A DNA stretch of 64,000 bases. Origin: Candidatus Saccharimonadales bacterium (GTDB lineage Bacteria; Patescibacteriota; Saccharimonadia; Saccharimonadales; JAYRRP01). Under the pieces are notes generated by a model. The model saw only the letters and a list, made by a program, of their open reading frames with translations, was not told the DNA's origin and did no database searches. Where the stretch lies: contig JAYRIP010000004.1 in the NCBI GenBank assembly GCA_041906765.1, positions 270 through 64,269 of the forward strand, in the 5' to 3' direction. This document shows, one piece after another, positions 17,277 through 26,606 of the stretch. The position numbers and the translations under genes are program-made. Numbering within the stretch: position 1 is the first letter of the stretch; each line of letters begins with the position of its first letter.

Positions 17277-18695
17277 TTGTCGTGGAGTAGGGTGAAAAAG
17301 TACAAGTCTAAGAAATATTCATTAAAACCACCGCAACGAAAAAAATCTCAAGTTGACTACTGGGCAGGGTATATAACTTTAATAGTTATCACTTTGTATA
17401 CTGTTGCTTTTGGTTACTATCGAAGTAATTGGTTTGTATTATCCGTCTTCAGTTTTGCTTTCCTGATAATTATCGTGCCCCTGTGGGTAATTGACGGCCT
17501 TAAAGTATTCCTTGAGTCATTTTCTAGAAGAAGTTATAAATTAGCCAAAGAAAATTTAGATAAAATAACAGTAATTATTGCATGTAAAGACGGGGAGGAT
17601 GTTATCGATGCTACCCTCAAGTCCTTACTAAAGAAATTCCGACCAAAACAAGTCATTCTTGCCTCAAACGGATCAACCGACAACACATGCTATATCGCCC
17701 AGGGATATGGGGTTATTATTTTAGATATTGAACGACCGATTGGGAAAGTGCGTGCCATTAATCGTGCTCTTCAATATGTGGATACCCCCTATGTGCTGCT
17801 GCTTGATGACGACACACTCGTTGGTAATGCGGCTATGCCTACCGGCTTACTGGAGGAAGGTTATGAAGGCGTTGCATTTAGAGTGCTTGTGAAGACGTCA
17901 AATTGGATATCTAAACTACAGATGTACGAATATAGAAAGAGCACCGATCTAGGTAAACGTTATCATAACAATAAGGCTTCCGTGCAAAATATATCGGGAG
18001 CAATCGGACTTTTTGAACTTAAGCAGCTAAAAACACAAATCAGAAGACATAGTGGGGAATTTTCTGGTGAGGATCTGCAAAGAACTCTGCTAATACACCT
18101 TGCGCAAGACGCCAAGGGTGTTGTGCTGACTGATTCAACTGTCTACACGCAGCCACCCACCACCATAAAAACACTATACCAGCAGAGATCATTTGGGTGG
18201 TTTCCCGGTTTATATGCAAACTTTAACAATTATCTAAAGATCTTGACGCGTGACCATATGCCGTTCGCGCTTCGCTTTGATGCCTTCTACAATATTTTTC
18301 TTGTGATGATACTGGATATTCTCCGGGTTTTAAGTCTCCCGATTCTTATTTTTTACCCGTGGTACTTTGTCATCATGTATCTCACTTATTTCTTACTTGA
18401 AGCAATCTCATTTATCAAAAGCAAGTCAAGGGAACCATTTTGGGTTGTATTTATCTATCCGCTGTATGGACTATTCAATTTTTTTACACGAGTAAGTGCA
18501 TTCGCAACATTCGTATATCGAAGACTTGCAGTTAAGCTAGGTCGTCGTAAATTTTTAGATGATTATCGCTCTGTCCCAACGTTACATAAACTTGTAGCAA
18601 TTGGTATTACAACTATGCTTATTAGCAGCTTCCTTGCGCTCAATATATTATTCAATTATGCCAAGCCAATATTGAATATAGGTGTTCCTCTCTAA
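17277..18695 (+). CDS. Membrane-embedded family 2 glycosyltransferase (processive synthase-like)
   Basis: TM helices flank a GT2 core (VIIACKDGEDVI, LLLDDDT, QQRSFGW as a Q-x-x-RW-like motif). TTG start with a GTG alternative at 17292. Confidence 0.8.
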   Translation: MSWSRVKKYKSKKYSLKPPQRKKSQVDYWAGYITLIVITLYTVAFGYYRSNWFVLSVFSFAFLIIIVPLWVIDGLKVFLESFSRRSYKLAKENLDKITVIIACKDGEDVIDATLKSLLKKFRPKQVILASNGSTDNTCYIAQGYGVIILDIERPIGKVRAINRALQYVDTPYVLLLDDDTLVGNAAMPTGLLEEGYEGVAFRVLVKTSNWISKLQMYEYRKSTDLGKRYHNNKASVQNISGAIGLFELKQLKTQIRRHSGEFSGEDLQRTLLIHLAQDAKGVVLTDSTVYTQPPTTIKTLYQQRSFGWFPGLYANFNNYLKILTRDHMPFALRFDAFYNIFLVMILDILRVLSLPILIFYPWYFVIMYLTYFLLEAISFIKSKSREPFWVVFIYPLYGLFNFFTRVSAFATFVYRRLAVKLGRRKFLDDYRSVPTLHKLVAIGITTMLISSFLALNILFNYAKPILNIGVPL

Positions 18696-18765
18696 ATCTA
18701 CAGACAGGAACGAAGAGCTTCGTTTAAAAAAACTGTAGGTCAAGGTACAAAAAGCCTGCTACGAT

Positions 18766-19746
18766 GTGAACATGCAACGTGAATGGGCATCGATTTTTTT
18801 CTATTCACCACTCGAGCCATTGGTATATAACGCTAATCCTTCAATATCTTATTTTGCCAAAAGGGATTTAACCACTACACCTGTCGGCAAAGTCGAAACA
18901 CTATGGCAATTACCAGCCGCCCAAAAGATTGTTCGAAAACAACAAGTAGACGGCAGTTGGTTATACCCGAGCGGAAATAAAAAGATACGGACTACTGAAA
19001 ATTATAATCAATTAGAAACCTTCCGTAACCTTGGCTACTTGGTTGAGATGTTTGGCTTCAACAAAAAAAGTGCTACAGTCCGAAAAGCGGCAGAGTTTTT
19101 ATTCAGTTTTCAAACACCAGAAGGGGACATACGCGGAATACTAGGCAATCAGTATGCGCCATATTACACCGCCGCCATAATGGAGCTCCTTATTAAAGCC
19201 GGGTATAGTGATGATCCCCGGATTACGAAGGGTTTTGATTGGCTAGTCACTATCCGTCAAAACGACGGTGGTTGGGCCATACCGCTGCGGACTAGAGACA
19301 AAAAACTTGATGTTATTACCATGAACACTGAGACAATTAAACCCGATAAAAACAAACCGTCTTCACACATGGTAACGGGTATTGTTCTACGAGCCTACGC
19401 AGCACACCCAAAGTACCGTGAATCAATTGAAGCACATGAAGCAAGCGAGTTATTACTATCAAGTCTATTCAAGCGTGACAACTATCCTGATAGAAGCAGC
19501 CCTGACTATTGGCTGAAGTTTACCTACCCATTTTGGTTTACCGATCTTATCTCGGCGCTTGATAGTTTATCTATACTCGGCACGCCAAAATCTCATCCCA
19601 AAATTAAGCAGGCTATGCAATGGTTTATCAAAGCACAACAAAAAGATGGCACCTGGCACCTTAAAGTTTTGAAAAACCTCAAATATGACAGTGAATCATG
19701 GTTTGCATTATCAATTTGTCGCATTGTAAAACGACTTTATAGCTAA
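18766..19746 (+). CDS. Prenyltransferase/squalene-oxidase-repeat (alpha/alpha toroid) protein, paralog B
   Basis: QQVDGSWLYP, RQNDGGWAIP and QQKDGTWH repeats. Full-length paralog of 9821..10705. Confidence 0.78.
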   Translation: MNMQREWASIFFYSPLEPLVYNANPSISYFAKRDLTTTPVGKVETLWQLPAAQKIVRKQQVDGSWLYPSGNKKIRTTENYNQLETFRNLGYLVEMFGFNKKSATVRKAAEFLFSFQTPEGDIRGILGNQYAPYYTAAIMELLIKAGYSDDPRITKGFDWLVTIRQNDGGWAIPLRTRDKKLDVITMNTETIKPDKNKPSSHMVTGIVLRAYAAHPKYRESIEAHEASELLLSSLFKRDNYPDRSSPDYWLKFTYPFWFTDLISALDSLSILGTPKSHPKIKQAMQWFIKAQQKDGTWHLKVLKNLKYDSESWFALSICRIVKRLYS

Positions 19747-19841
19747 AGCACTCCGCTACTATCCTCAAAAATATCCTAAGAAGTACTTATGCTTTTTACA
19801 GATAACTGATAGAATAACTAAGAAACAAACCTCATAGGGCT

Positions 19842-21509
19842 ATGAACCAACAAAAAAACTCAATAGATTTCTGTGAAAAACTGAGCAGCCTGATAAAAGG
19901 CGAGGTAGATTGTACGGCTGAGACATTGGCAACGTACAGCCATGACGCCAGCTTGTTTGAGGTTATCCCTCGCGGGGTCGTATATCCCAAAGACAGCGAG
20001 GATATCTGCAAGCTGGTTGAATTTGTAAACCAGAACCGTCCACACGATCCCAACTTGTCACTCACAGCCCGCAGCGGCGGTACTGATATGAGCGGTGGCG
20101 CCATCAACGATTCTCTTATCGTTTCCTTTGGGCAGCATTTTACCCATATTGGAACGGTTGAAGGGAACGAAATACGAGTCCAACCCGGTGTGTACTATCA
20201 CGACCTTGAACCAGTTACCCTTGCGAAACACCTGTTACTCCCTTCCTATCCTGCCTCACGAGAGATTTGTATGGTGGGCGGCATGGTAGCGAATAACGCC
20301 GGCGGTGAAAAATCATTGGTGTATGGTAAAACTGACCGCTACGTGCATGAGCTTAAAGTGGTGCTGCGGGATGGAGAAACCCATACTATCCGGCCACTAT
20401 CTGCAAAAGAGCTATCTGCAAAGCTCAAAGAAGACACGCTTGAAGGCTCCATTTACCGGCAAGTCTCCTCACTGATATCCCAAAACCAGGCATTGCTCGC
20501 CCGTTCTCGCCCTAAAACAACCAAAAATTCCACCGGTTATAACCTATGGGATGTGGCTGACAACGAGCAGTTCGATCTAACAAAGCTATTTGTTGGTTCG
20601 CAGGGCACATTGGGAATAGTGACAGAAGTGAAATTCAAATTAATACCCGCCAAACCGCTCTCCGGCATGGTTGTCCTCTTTTTACCACGCCTTGAGGGCT
20701 TGGGGGGCATCATAAACAAATTACTTCCCTTAAAACCCTCTAGTTTGGAATCATTTGACGAACATACGCTCAAGTTTGCTTTCCGCTTTTTCTTGAGTTT
20801 TCGCAAAACTCTGGGGATGAAGCGTTTCTTGCTGCTCGGGCTCAGCTTCATACCGGTACTCAGACATCTACTGCGTTATTTGCCGCGATTACCAAAGCTT
20901 ATCCTCCTTTGTGAGTTTGAAGGAGACAATCAAACCGAAATTGATAATAAAATCACCCATCTGCAGGAAGTCGGACGGCAACTCGGCCTAGAAAGCCAGC
21001 TAGCCGAAAATAAGCGCCAGGAGGAAAAATTCTGGATTATGCGTCGCGAGAGCTTTAACCTATTGCGCAAGAATGTGAAGCACAAACACACCGCACCTTT
21101 TATAGACGACATTATCGTGCCAGCTGAAACGTTAGAAGAATTTTTACCAAAGCTCAGTGAAATACTCGATGGCTACGGTTTGCTTTATACCGTTGCTGGA
21201 CATATGGGCGACGGTAATTTTCATATTATTCCTCTTATGGACCTTACTGATGCCTCTGAACGAGCTAAAATCGCACCCGTGCTCGAAGAAGTTACCAAAC
21301 TGGTCATCAAATACGGAGGCTCATTGTCTGGTGAACATAATGACGGCCTTATCCGGGGCCCATTTTTGTCGCGCATGTACGAACCAAAGATGATAGAGCT
21401 TTTTAAAGAAGTGAAAAGAATCTTCGATCCGGACAATATCTTTAACCCCCACAAAAAAGTTACCGCTACCTGGGAGTACTCGGAGGCGCATATGCGAAAG
21501 AAGTTTTAG
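19842..21509 (+). CDS. FAD-linked oxidase (FAD_binding_4; GlcD/D-lactate dehydrogenase-like)
   Basis: ARSGGTDMSGGAI FAD-binding motif and a C-terminal oxidase domain (GSLSGEHNDGLIR). 555 aa. Confidence 0.85.
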   Translation: MNQQKNSIDFCEKLSSLIKGEVDCTAETLATYSHDASLFEVIPRGVVYPKDSEDICKLVEFVNQNRPHDPNLSLTARSGGTDMSGGAINDSLIVSFGQHFTHIGTVEGNEIRVQPGVYYHDLEPVTLAKHLLLPSYPASREICMVGGMVANNAGGEKSLVYGKTDRYVHELKVVLRDGETHTIRPLSAKELSAKLKEDTLEGSIYRQVSSLISQNQALLARSRPKTTKNSTGYNLWDVADNEQFDLTKLFVGSQGTLGIVTEVKFKLIPAKPLSGMVVLFLPRLEGLGGIINKLLPLKPSSLESFDEHTLKFAFRFFLSFRKTLGMKRFLLLGLSFIPVLRHLLRYLPRLPKLILLCEFEGDNQTEIDNKITHLQEVGRQLGLESQLAENKRQEEKFWIMRRESFNLLRKNVKHKHTAPFIDDIIVPAETLEEFLPKLSEILDGYGLLYTVAGHMGDGNFHIIPLMDLTDASERAKIAPVLEEVTKLVIKYGGSLSGEHNDGLIRGPFLSRMYEPKMIELFKEVKRIFDPDNIFNPHKKVTATWEYSEAHMRKKF

Positions 21510-21549
21510 CTAGGCAAAGTCACAAATCAATAAAATAACGGAGAAAATC

Positions 21550-22089
21550 ATGGCAAAAACAGTCACAAATGCAAAATTACACCGCCTACTGGGTTTATTC
21601 GGTCTGATACTTGGTGTGCTACTGCTCGCCGGTGCTGCCGGCGCTTGGAAGGGGCAGCAATTTGCCAACACACAAGTCAAGAATCAACTAAAACAAGAAC
21701 GAATCTTCTTTCCAGCCAAGGGCACCCCTGCACTTGATCCAAAAACGTTTCCCGGCCTCCAGCAATACGCAGGCCAGCAAGTGGATAATGGCATAAAAGC
21801 CAAAGCCTATGCTGATGAATACATATGGGTTCATATGATGAAATCCTCTAGTGGCAAGACTTATGCAGAAGTAAGCACCGCCGCTATGGCAAATCCGTCC
21901 GACCAAAAACTGGCCGGGCTAAAAAATACTCTCTTTCAGGGAGATATGCTTCGCTCCAGCTTACTTACCGCTTATGCGTTCTCAGTTTTTGGCACTATCG
22001 CCGGTTATGCAGTCATCGGTCTTATCGCTGCAGCCGCAATGGTAATACTTCTATCATTAACTAGCCTGGCACGGTCACGCCAAAATTAA
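21550..22089 (+). CDS. Hypothetical membrane protein (N- and C-terminal TM)
   Basis: 179 aa with TM segments at both ends. Its stop overlaps the ndh-like ATG (TAATG). Confidence 0.6.
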   Translation: MAKTVTNAKLHRLLGLFGLILGVLLLAGAAGAWKGQQFANTQVKNQLKQERIFFPAKGTPALDPKTFPGLQQYAGQQVDNGIKAKAYADEYIWVHMMKSSSGKTYAEVSTAAMANPSDQKLAGLKNTLFQGDMLRSSLLTAYAFSVFGTIAGYAVIGLIAAAAMVILLSLTSLARSRQN

Positions 22090-23261
22090 TGAAAGTCGTG
22101 ATTGTCGGTGGCGGCTTCGGTGGTGTCCGAGCTGCACTTAAACTCGCGAACAAACGAGGTATTGAAGTACGACTTATTTCAAAACAGAGTTATTTTGAAT
22201 ACCATGCCGCACTTTACCGATCCGCCACCGGTCGTTCGCCGCTTGAAGTAGCCATACCCTTAAGAGAATTCTTTGCCAAAAAGCAAGGCGTTGAATTCAT
22301 CGAAGACGAAATCGTATCACTGCACGAAGATCAGAAGTACCTACTGGGTAAATCCGAAAGTAAATACCATTATGACTATGTGATTTTCTCGATGGGAGCC
22401 GTAAGTCAGTATTTTGGTATCGATGGTCTTAAGGAGTATTCCGAAGGTATAAAAACCATCCAGGAAGCATTAGAATTAAAGCGACACCTACACGAAGCAC
22501 TCATCTCTCATGAGAAGCCGGAGCTAAATTATGTAGTAGTGGGCGGCGGGCCATCTGGTATTGAATTGGCTGGTGAGCTGCCTTCATATTTACAAAAAAT
22601 TCGACGGAATCACCATGTGAGGCACAAAAAATTTAACGTTGACCTTGTCGAGGCCAGCCCCCAGCTGTTACCTCAATTACCCGCGAGGTTTGCCAATAAG
22701 ATTGAAAAAAGACTGGCTCGCTTGGGAGTAAGTATGTACCTAAATACCGCGGTAAAAAGCGAAACAGCACAATCCTTGTCGCTACCAAACGGCTCGATTA
22801 GAACACACACTGTTATTTGGACCGCCGGCACCACGAATAACCCCTTTTATGCTTCAAATAGAGTCTTTAAATTAACAAAAGGTAATAAAGTAGTCGTCGA
22901 CGATTATTTACGAGTAAACGATGAGATATTTGTTATCGGTGACAGCGCGGCCACTAAATACAGCGGCATGGCACAAACCGCGCTGCATGATGCCGATTTT
23001 GTAGCCAACAATTTACTGCGCAGGCTCCGCAATAAGCCACTCAACACCTATGTACCTAAGGCGCCAGTTCACGCTATTCCGGTCGGGCCACGATGGTCAG
23101 CAGTGAAGTGGGGCAGTCTTGAAATATATGGTCGCTTGGGGTGGTTGCTTAGACGAGCAGCGGATCTTCGGTTATATCTAGAGTTTATGCCCCTTAAAAG
23201 TGCTCTGGCCGTCTGGCATTACGGCTTAGTACCAGAAGAAGTCTGTAGACGTTGCAAGTAA
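22089..23261 (+). CDS. ndh: Type II NADH dehydrogenase-like FAD-dependent pyridine nucleotide-disulfide oxidoreductase
   Basis: Two dinucleotide folds (VVIVGGGFGG and VVVGGGPSGIELAGE). 390 aa. Confidence 0.85.
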   Translation: MKVVIVGGGFGGVRAALKLANKRGIEVRLISKQSYFEYHAALYRSATGRSPLEVAIPLREFFAKKQGVEFIEDEIVSLHEDQKYLLGKSESKYHYDYVIFSMGAVSQYFGIDGLKEYSEGIKTIQEALELKRHLHEALISHEKPELNYVVVGGGPSGIELAGELPSYLQKIRRNHHVRHKKFNVDLVEASPQLLPQLPARFANKIEKRLARLGVSMYLNTAVKSETAQSLSLPNGSIRTHTVIWTAGTTNNPFYASNRVFKLTKGNKVVVDDYLRVNDEIFVIGDSAATKYSGMAQTALHDADFVANNLLRRLRNKPLNTYVPKAPVHAIPVGPRWSAVKWGSLEIYGRLGWLLRRAADLRLYLEFMPLKSALAVWHYGLVPEEVCRRCK

Positions 23262-23331
23262 GCAGATGCTGTACTGAATTTATAATCATTAGTTGTAAAG
23301 AGTAGATAACCATAAAACTTTTTGTTAGAAT

Positions 23332-24075
23332 TTGCCTGTGCCCGTTAAAAATAAAAAAACCAAAAAATACTTTGAATTTACCGTGCGCAAGCGGCATTTC
23401 CATGTATTGCTAGACAAAGTTTTGCTGTTCCGTTATAGCCGACGTTTGCACGGACGTTTTTGGGGCATTACTGGTGTTATGGTATTGATTGGCGGTATGT
23501 TCGTCTGTTTCTTAATTAGACCGGACCTCCTTGGAGTTTCTACTGCTCTTAGTATGTTTGGAAATGATGTCCGTACTGCGCCTTACTTTGCTGGCTCTAT
23601 GTTCTTTGCCGCCTACGGATTGTGGCGATGGCGTAATTATTTGCGGCGTACCCTAAAACGGCCGCACCCACTGTTAGATCTGATCAACCTCACTATAATC
23701 GGTTTATACTTAGTGGCTCTTATGCCGGTTGGCTGGAAACCACTATCTTATCATATACACATTATCGGTATGACCTTGGCTGGCTGCAGCATGGCCGCCG
23801 CAGTGATTATCGACGGAGTACTGAGCAAGTCACGACAAACTATGCGAGGCCGCAAATGGCGATTGATCAGAGCATTATCATTTGTACTGATATTGAGCGG
23901 CGGGTGGTTCACGCTCGGTTCAACTGATTCGCTGCATTGGTATAATGTTGCCTTTTTGGGCGAAGCCATGATGTTGACTGGTTATACGCTGTGGGTTTGC
24001 GTAAAAACCTACCAGGGAGAAGGAAACCGCTCTGCCTTATCAAGAATGCTGAAAAATGTTGTCCTGATAGACTAG
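23332..24075 (+). CDS. Hypothetical polytopic membrane protein (start uncertain)
   Basis: 247-aa ORF with about 6 hydrophobic segments. Non-ATG start in the track. No family recognised. Confidence 0.55.
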   Translation: MPVPVKNKKTKKYFEFTVRKRHFHVLLDKVLLFRYSRRLHGRFWGITGVMVLIGGMFVCFLIRPDLLGVSTALSMFGNDVRTAPYFAGSMFFAAYGLWRWRNYLRRTLKRPHPLLDLINLTIIGLYLVALMPVGWKPLSYHIHIIGMTLAGCSMAAAVIIDGVLSKSRQTMRGRKWRLIRALSFVLILSGGWFTLGSTDSLHWYNVAFLGEAMMLTGYTLWVCVKTYQGEGNRSALSRMLKNVVLID

Positions 24076-24077
24076 TC

Positions 24078-24105
24078 AGTTAATGTGAGATATCTCACAT
24101 TAACT
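24078..24105. promoter_or_regulatory. Perfect 28-bp palindrome containing a consensus CRP-type site TGTGA-N6-TCACA
   Basis: AGTTAATGTGAGAT|ATCTCACATTAACT. The 22-bp core TAATGTGAGATATCTCACATTA matches the CRP consensus half-sites exactly. Centre at 24091.5. Confidence 0.75.
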
Positions 24106-24120
24106 TCTCTGCCAAGCGGG

Positions 24121-24126
24121 TATAAT
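24121..24126 (+). promoter_or_regulatory. -10 box TATAAT of the 24152 operon (no separate -35; class II geometry)
   Basis: TATAAT at 24121-24126. A TSS predicted near 24133 places the palindrome centre at about -41.5. Confidence 0.5.
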
Positions 24127-24151
24127 GGCCTCACAATAACGTGAGAGGGCT

Positions 24152-25081
24152 ATGATTGTGACAAAACTCAACCGGTTCTATTTGTTGTACGCTTTGATGG
24201 CACTACTTTATATATGTCTTACCTTGTTCACTCCTACTGATGCAGCAGTACTCACGAAATATCATCTCTCACCCACCCAGGCTAAAACATTAAGTCTAGC
24301 TGTTGCAATACCTATTATGGCCATTTGGTTCATCGCTTTTTATGGATTCGTGCATTTGCGGGCCTATGTCCAGGTCATTAGGAAAACCGAGGATGGAAAA
24401 CACTTAAAAACACTTTCCCGGGGGATTTTCTGGCTAGCAATTTCTCTGCCTGTTAATAGCATAGTCGCTTCATATATGAGCTATCTGGCCTACCGTCACC
24501 CTTCCGCCATACCAGCCACAATTATTCTCACTAATTACGTTCGTTTATTGTTGGCAATTGTGTCCTTGTACTGGATCTTTCAGGGAGCCAAGGGGCTAGC
24601 CTCAATGCTTCCAGGCAATAGCGAAGTAATGCATCGGGATGACGCTCGAACCGGTTTTATTGTCTTGGGTCTGGTGTTTGCCTATATTACCTTGAACAAC
24701 CCGGCTAGACGCAGCCCTGTTGGCACCCCTCCAAGAGCAGCCTATTATCTGCCGGACATACTGATTATCCTCACCATCATTATCCCTTACCTATGGGTAT
24801 GGTTTCGTGGTCTCATTGCAGCATTCTACTTGCACTTCTACAAACAAAAAGTGAAGGGAATGTTGTATAAAAGCGGCCTCGGCTATATTGCCAACGGTCT
24901 TATTTTTATTATCGCCAGCTCTATCGCGGTACAATTTGTAGTTTCGATTTCTTCACTTTGGCGGGACGCCACCTTGCAGTTCATACTTATTATTCTGTAC
25001 CTATTGATTGTCCTTATCGGACTGGGATTTTTCCTTGTAGCAGTTGGAGCAAAAAGACTGAAGAAAATAGAGGAAGTATAG
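24152..25081 (+). CDS. Hypothetical polytopic membrane protein
   Basis: 309 aa with about 8 TM segments. SD GAGAGGG upstream. First gene of an apparent operon with 25086 and 25362. Confidence 0.65.
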   Translation: MIVTKLNRFYLLYALMALLYICLTLFTPTDAAVLTKYHLSPTQAKTLSLAVAIPIMAIWFIAFYGFVHLRAYVQVIRKTEDGKHLKTLSRGIFWLAISLPVNSIVASYMSYLAYRHPSAIPATIILTNYVRLLLAIVSLYWIFQGAKGLASMLPGNSEVMHRDDARTGFIVLGLVFAYITLNNPARRSPVGTPPRAAYYLPDILIILTIIIPYLWVWFRGLIAAFYLHFYKQKVKGMLYKSGLGYIANGLIFIIASSIAVQFVVSISSLWRDATLQFILIILYLLIVLIGLGFFLVAVGAKRLKKIEEV

Positions 25082-25085
25082 GCAG

Positions 25086-25343
25086 ATGCCTACGCAGTCA
25101 TTATACGAACGAGTTGTATCTATAACCGAGGATTATATCGGTCCGGCAGCGCGGCGCTTTATTGATCGGCATATCCAAAACCATTTGCAAATCAAGCCAG
25201 ACCAACTCGACATCCCACACTTGAAAAAACTTTCGCGCTGGACTAATACTGCCCTCGGTTATCTCACGAATGACTCGGCAATCGTCGATGAATATGCCGC
25301 CCGACTTTCAGCACTTGATCAAACTGAACATAGTGATAAGTAG
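25086..25343 (+). CDS. Small hypothetical protein (85 aa)
   Basis: Tightly spaced between the membrane protein (4-nt gap) and the kinase (18-nt gap). No family recognised. Confidence 0.5.
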   Translation: MPTQSLYERVVSITEDYIGPAARRFIDRHIQNHLQIKPDQLDIPHLKKLSRWTNTALGYLTNDSAIVDEYAARLSALDQTEHSDK

Positions 25344-25361
25344 GCAAAATCAGGTACTACT

Positions 25362-26477
25362 ATGCCAAGCTCTACGACACAAACCTCCCTCAATCACCAT
25401 TTACGCGCCATTCGCCTAGAACGTGCCAAAGCCGCAGCGATATTTTCGAGCATAGGCCAAGCTGCTCTGGTCACTGATAGCAAGGGTTACATTTCGCACA
25501 TTAATCAAGTTGCTTTGGATATATTGGGGTATAAGAAAAGCGAGCTTCTCGGTAAGTGGTTTCCTGAAACAATAAAAGTAGTTGATAAGACCAATCAGCC
25601 GGTGGATTTGATTGACCGGCCCGTTAGCCAGGCATTGATGAGCGGCAAGCCAGTTACCGCCAACTGCTTTTATCGCATCCGAGACGGTTCAATGATTCCG
25701 ATCGCGGTCACTGTCTCTCCGGTTATGCTTGGCACTGAGCCAATCGGCGCAGTCGAAGTATTTAGAGATATATCAAAAGAGTATGAGATTGATAGAATGA
25801 AAAGCGAATTTATCTCGCTTGCCTCGCACCAGTTACGAACGCCTCTCTCGGCCATTAGTATGTACACCCACATGCTACTCGATGGTTATGAGGGGGAACT
25901 GCAGTCTGGTCAACGGGAAATGATGGAGGTAGTACAAGCGTCCGTCCTGCGCATGAATGAACTTATTGATACACTATTAAACATTTCACGGATTGAATCA
26001 GGAAAGATGCACGTGAATCTCAAGGAAGTAGACGTCATACAACTTGTGGAACGGCTTTTGGATGAAATGCGGCCCCTGGGCAAAGAACGACGAATTAGCA
26101 TACGCTTCCGCTGCCCCCAATCGTGCAAAGTCATGTCCGATCCTTTGCTGCTTTGGGAAATATTTGCCAACCTCATAACCAACGCATTGAAATATTCCCA
26201 TGGTGACAGTTATATCGTCGTGAGTTTATCTAACACAAAACGAGGCTTGTCTTACACGGTGAGCGACAAAGGTATTGGCATCCCCTCCAAGTTGCAGGAA
26301 CTCATATTTACAAAGTTTTTCAGAGCACCAAACGCAGTGTACCAAGAAACAGAAGGTACCGGACTCGGCCTTTATATGGTCAAGCAAATTGCCGACGCGT
26401 TGGGCGGAAAAGTTGGTTTTAAAAGCCAGCCGCAAAAGGGGAGTACCTTTTATTTTCGACTGCCATTAAAAACCTAA
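25362..26477 (+). CDS. Cytoplasmic PAS-domain sensor histidine kinase
   Basis: PAS region followed by the H-box SHQLRTPLSAI. HATPase motifs are NALKYS, DKGIGIP and GTGLGLYMV. Confidence 0.9.
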   Translation: MPSSTTQTSLNHHLRAIRLERAKAAAIFSSIGQAALVTDSKGYISHINQVALDILGYKKSELLGKWFPETIKVVDKTNQPVDLIDRPVSQALMSGKPVTANCFYRIRDGSMIPIAVTVSPVMLGTEPIGAVEVFRDISKEYEIDRMKSEFISLASHQLRTPLSAISMYTHMLLDGYEGELQSGQREMMEVVQASVLRMNELIDTLLNISRIESGKMHVNLKEVDVIQLVERLLDEMRPLGKERRISIRFRCPQSCKVMSDPLLLWEIFANLITNALKYSHGDSYIVVSLSNTKRGLSYTVSDKGIGIPSKLQELIFTKFFRAPNAVYQETEGTGLGLYMVKQIADALGGKVGFKSQPQKGSTFYFRLPLKT

Positions 26478-26508
26478 ACTTTATGAAAGTTAAAAATCTT
26501 ACTGATTA

Positions 26509-26532
26509 TTCACGCAAATTTCACGCTATAAT
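26509..26532 (+). promoter_or_regulatory. Direct repeats TTCACGC x2 at 11-bp spacing abutting a TATAAT box
   Basis: TTCACGC at 26509-26515 and 26520-26526, with TATAAT at 26527-26532. Lies upstream of the receiver gene. Confidence 0.45.
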
Positions 26533-26606
26533 AGCACTTAACGCCGATAGGGCTAGTTGCGGCGCATGAATCTAAAACAATATCTTTCCACCCAACAGGA
26601 GTGACT

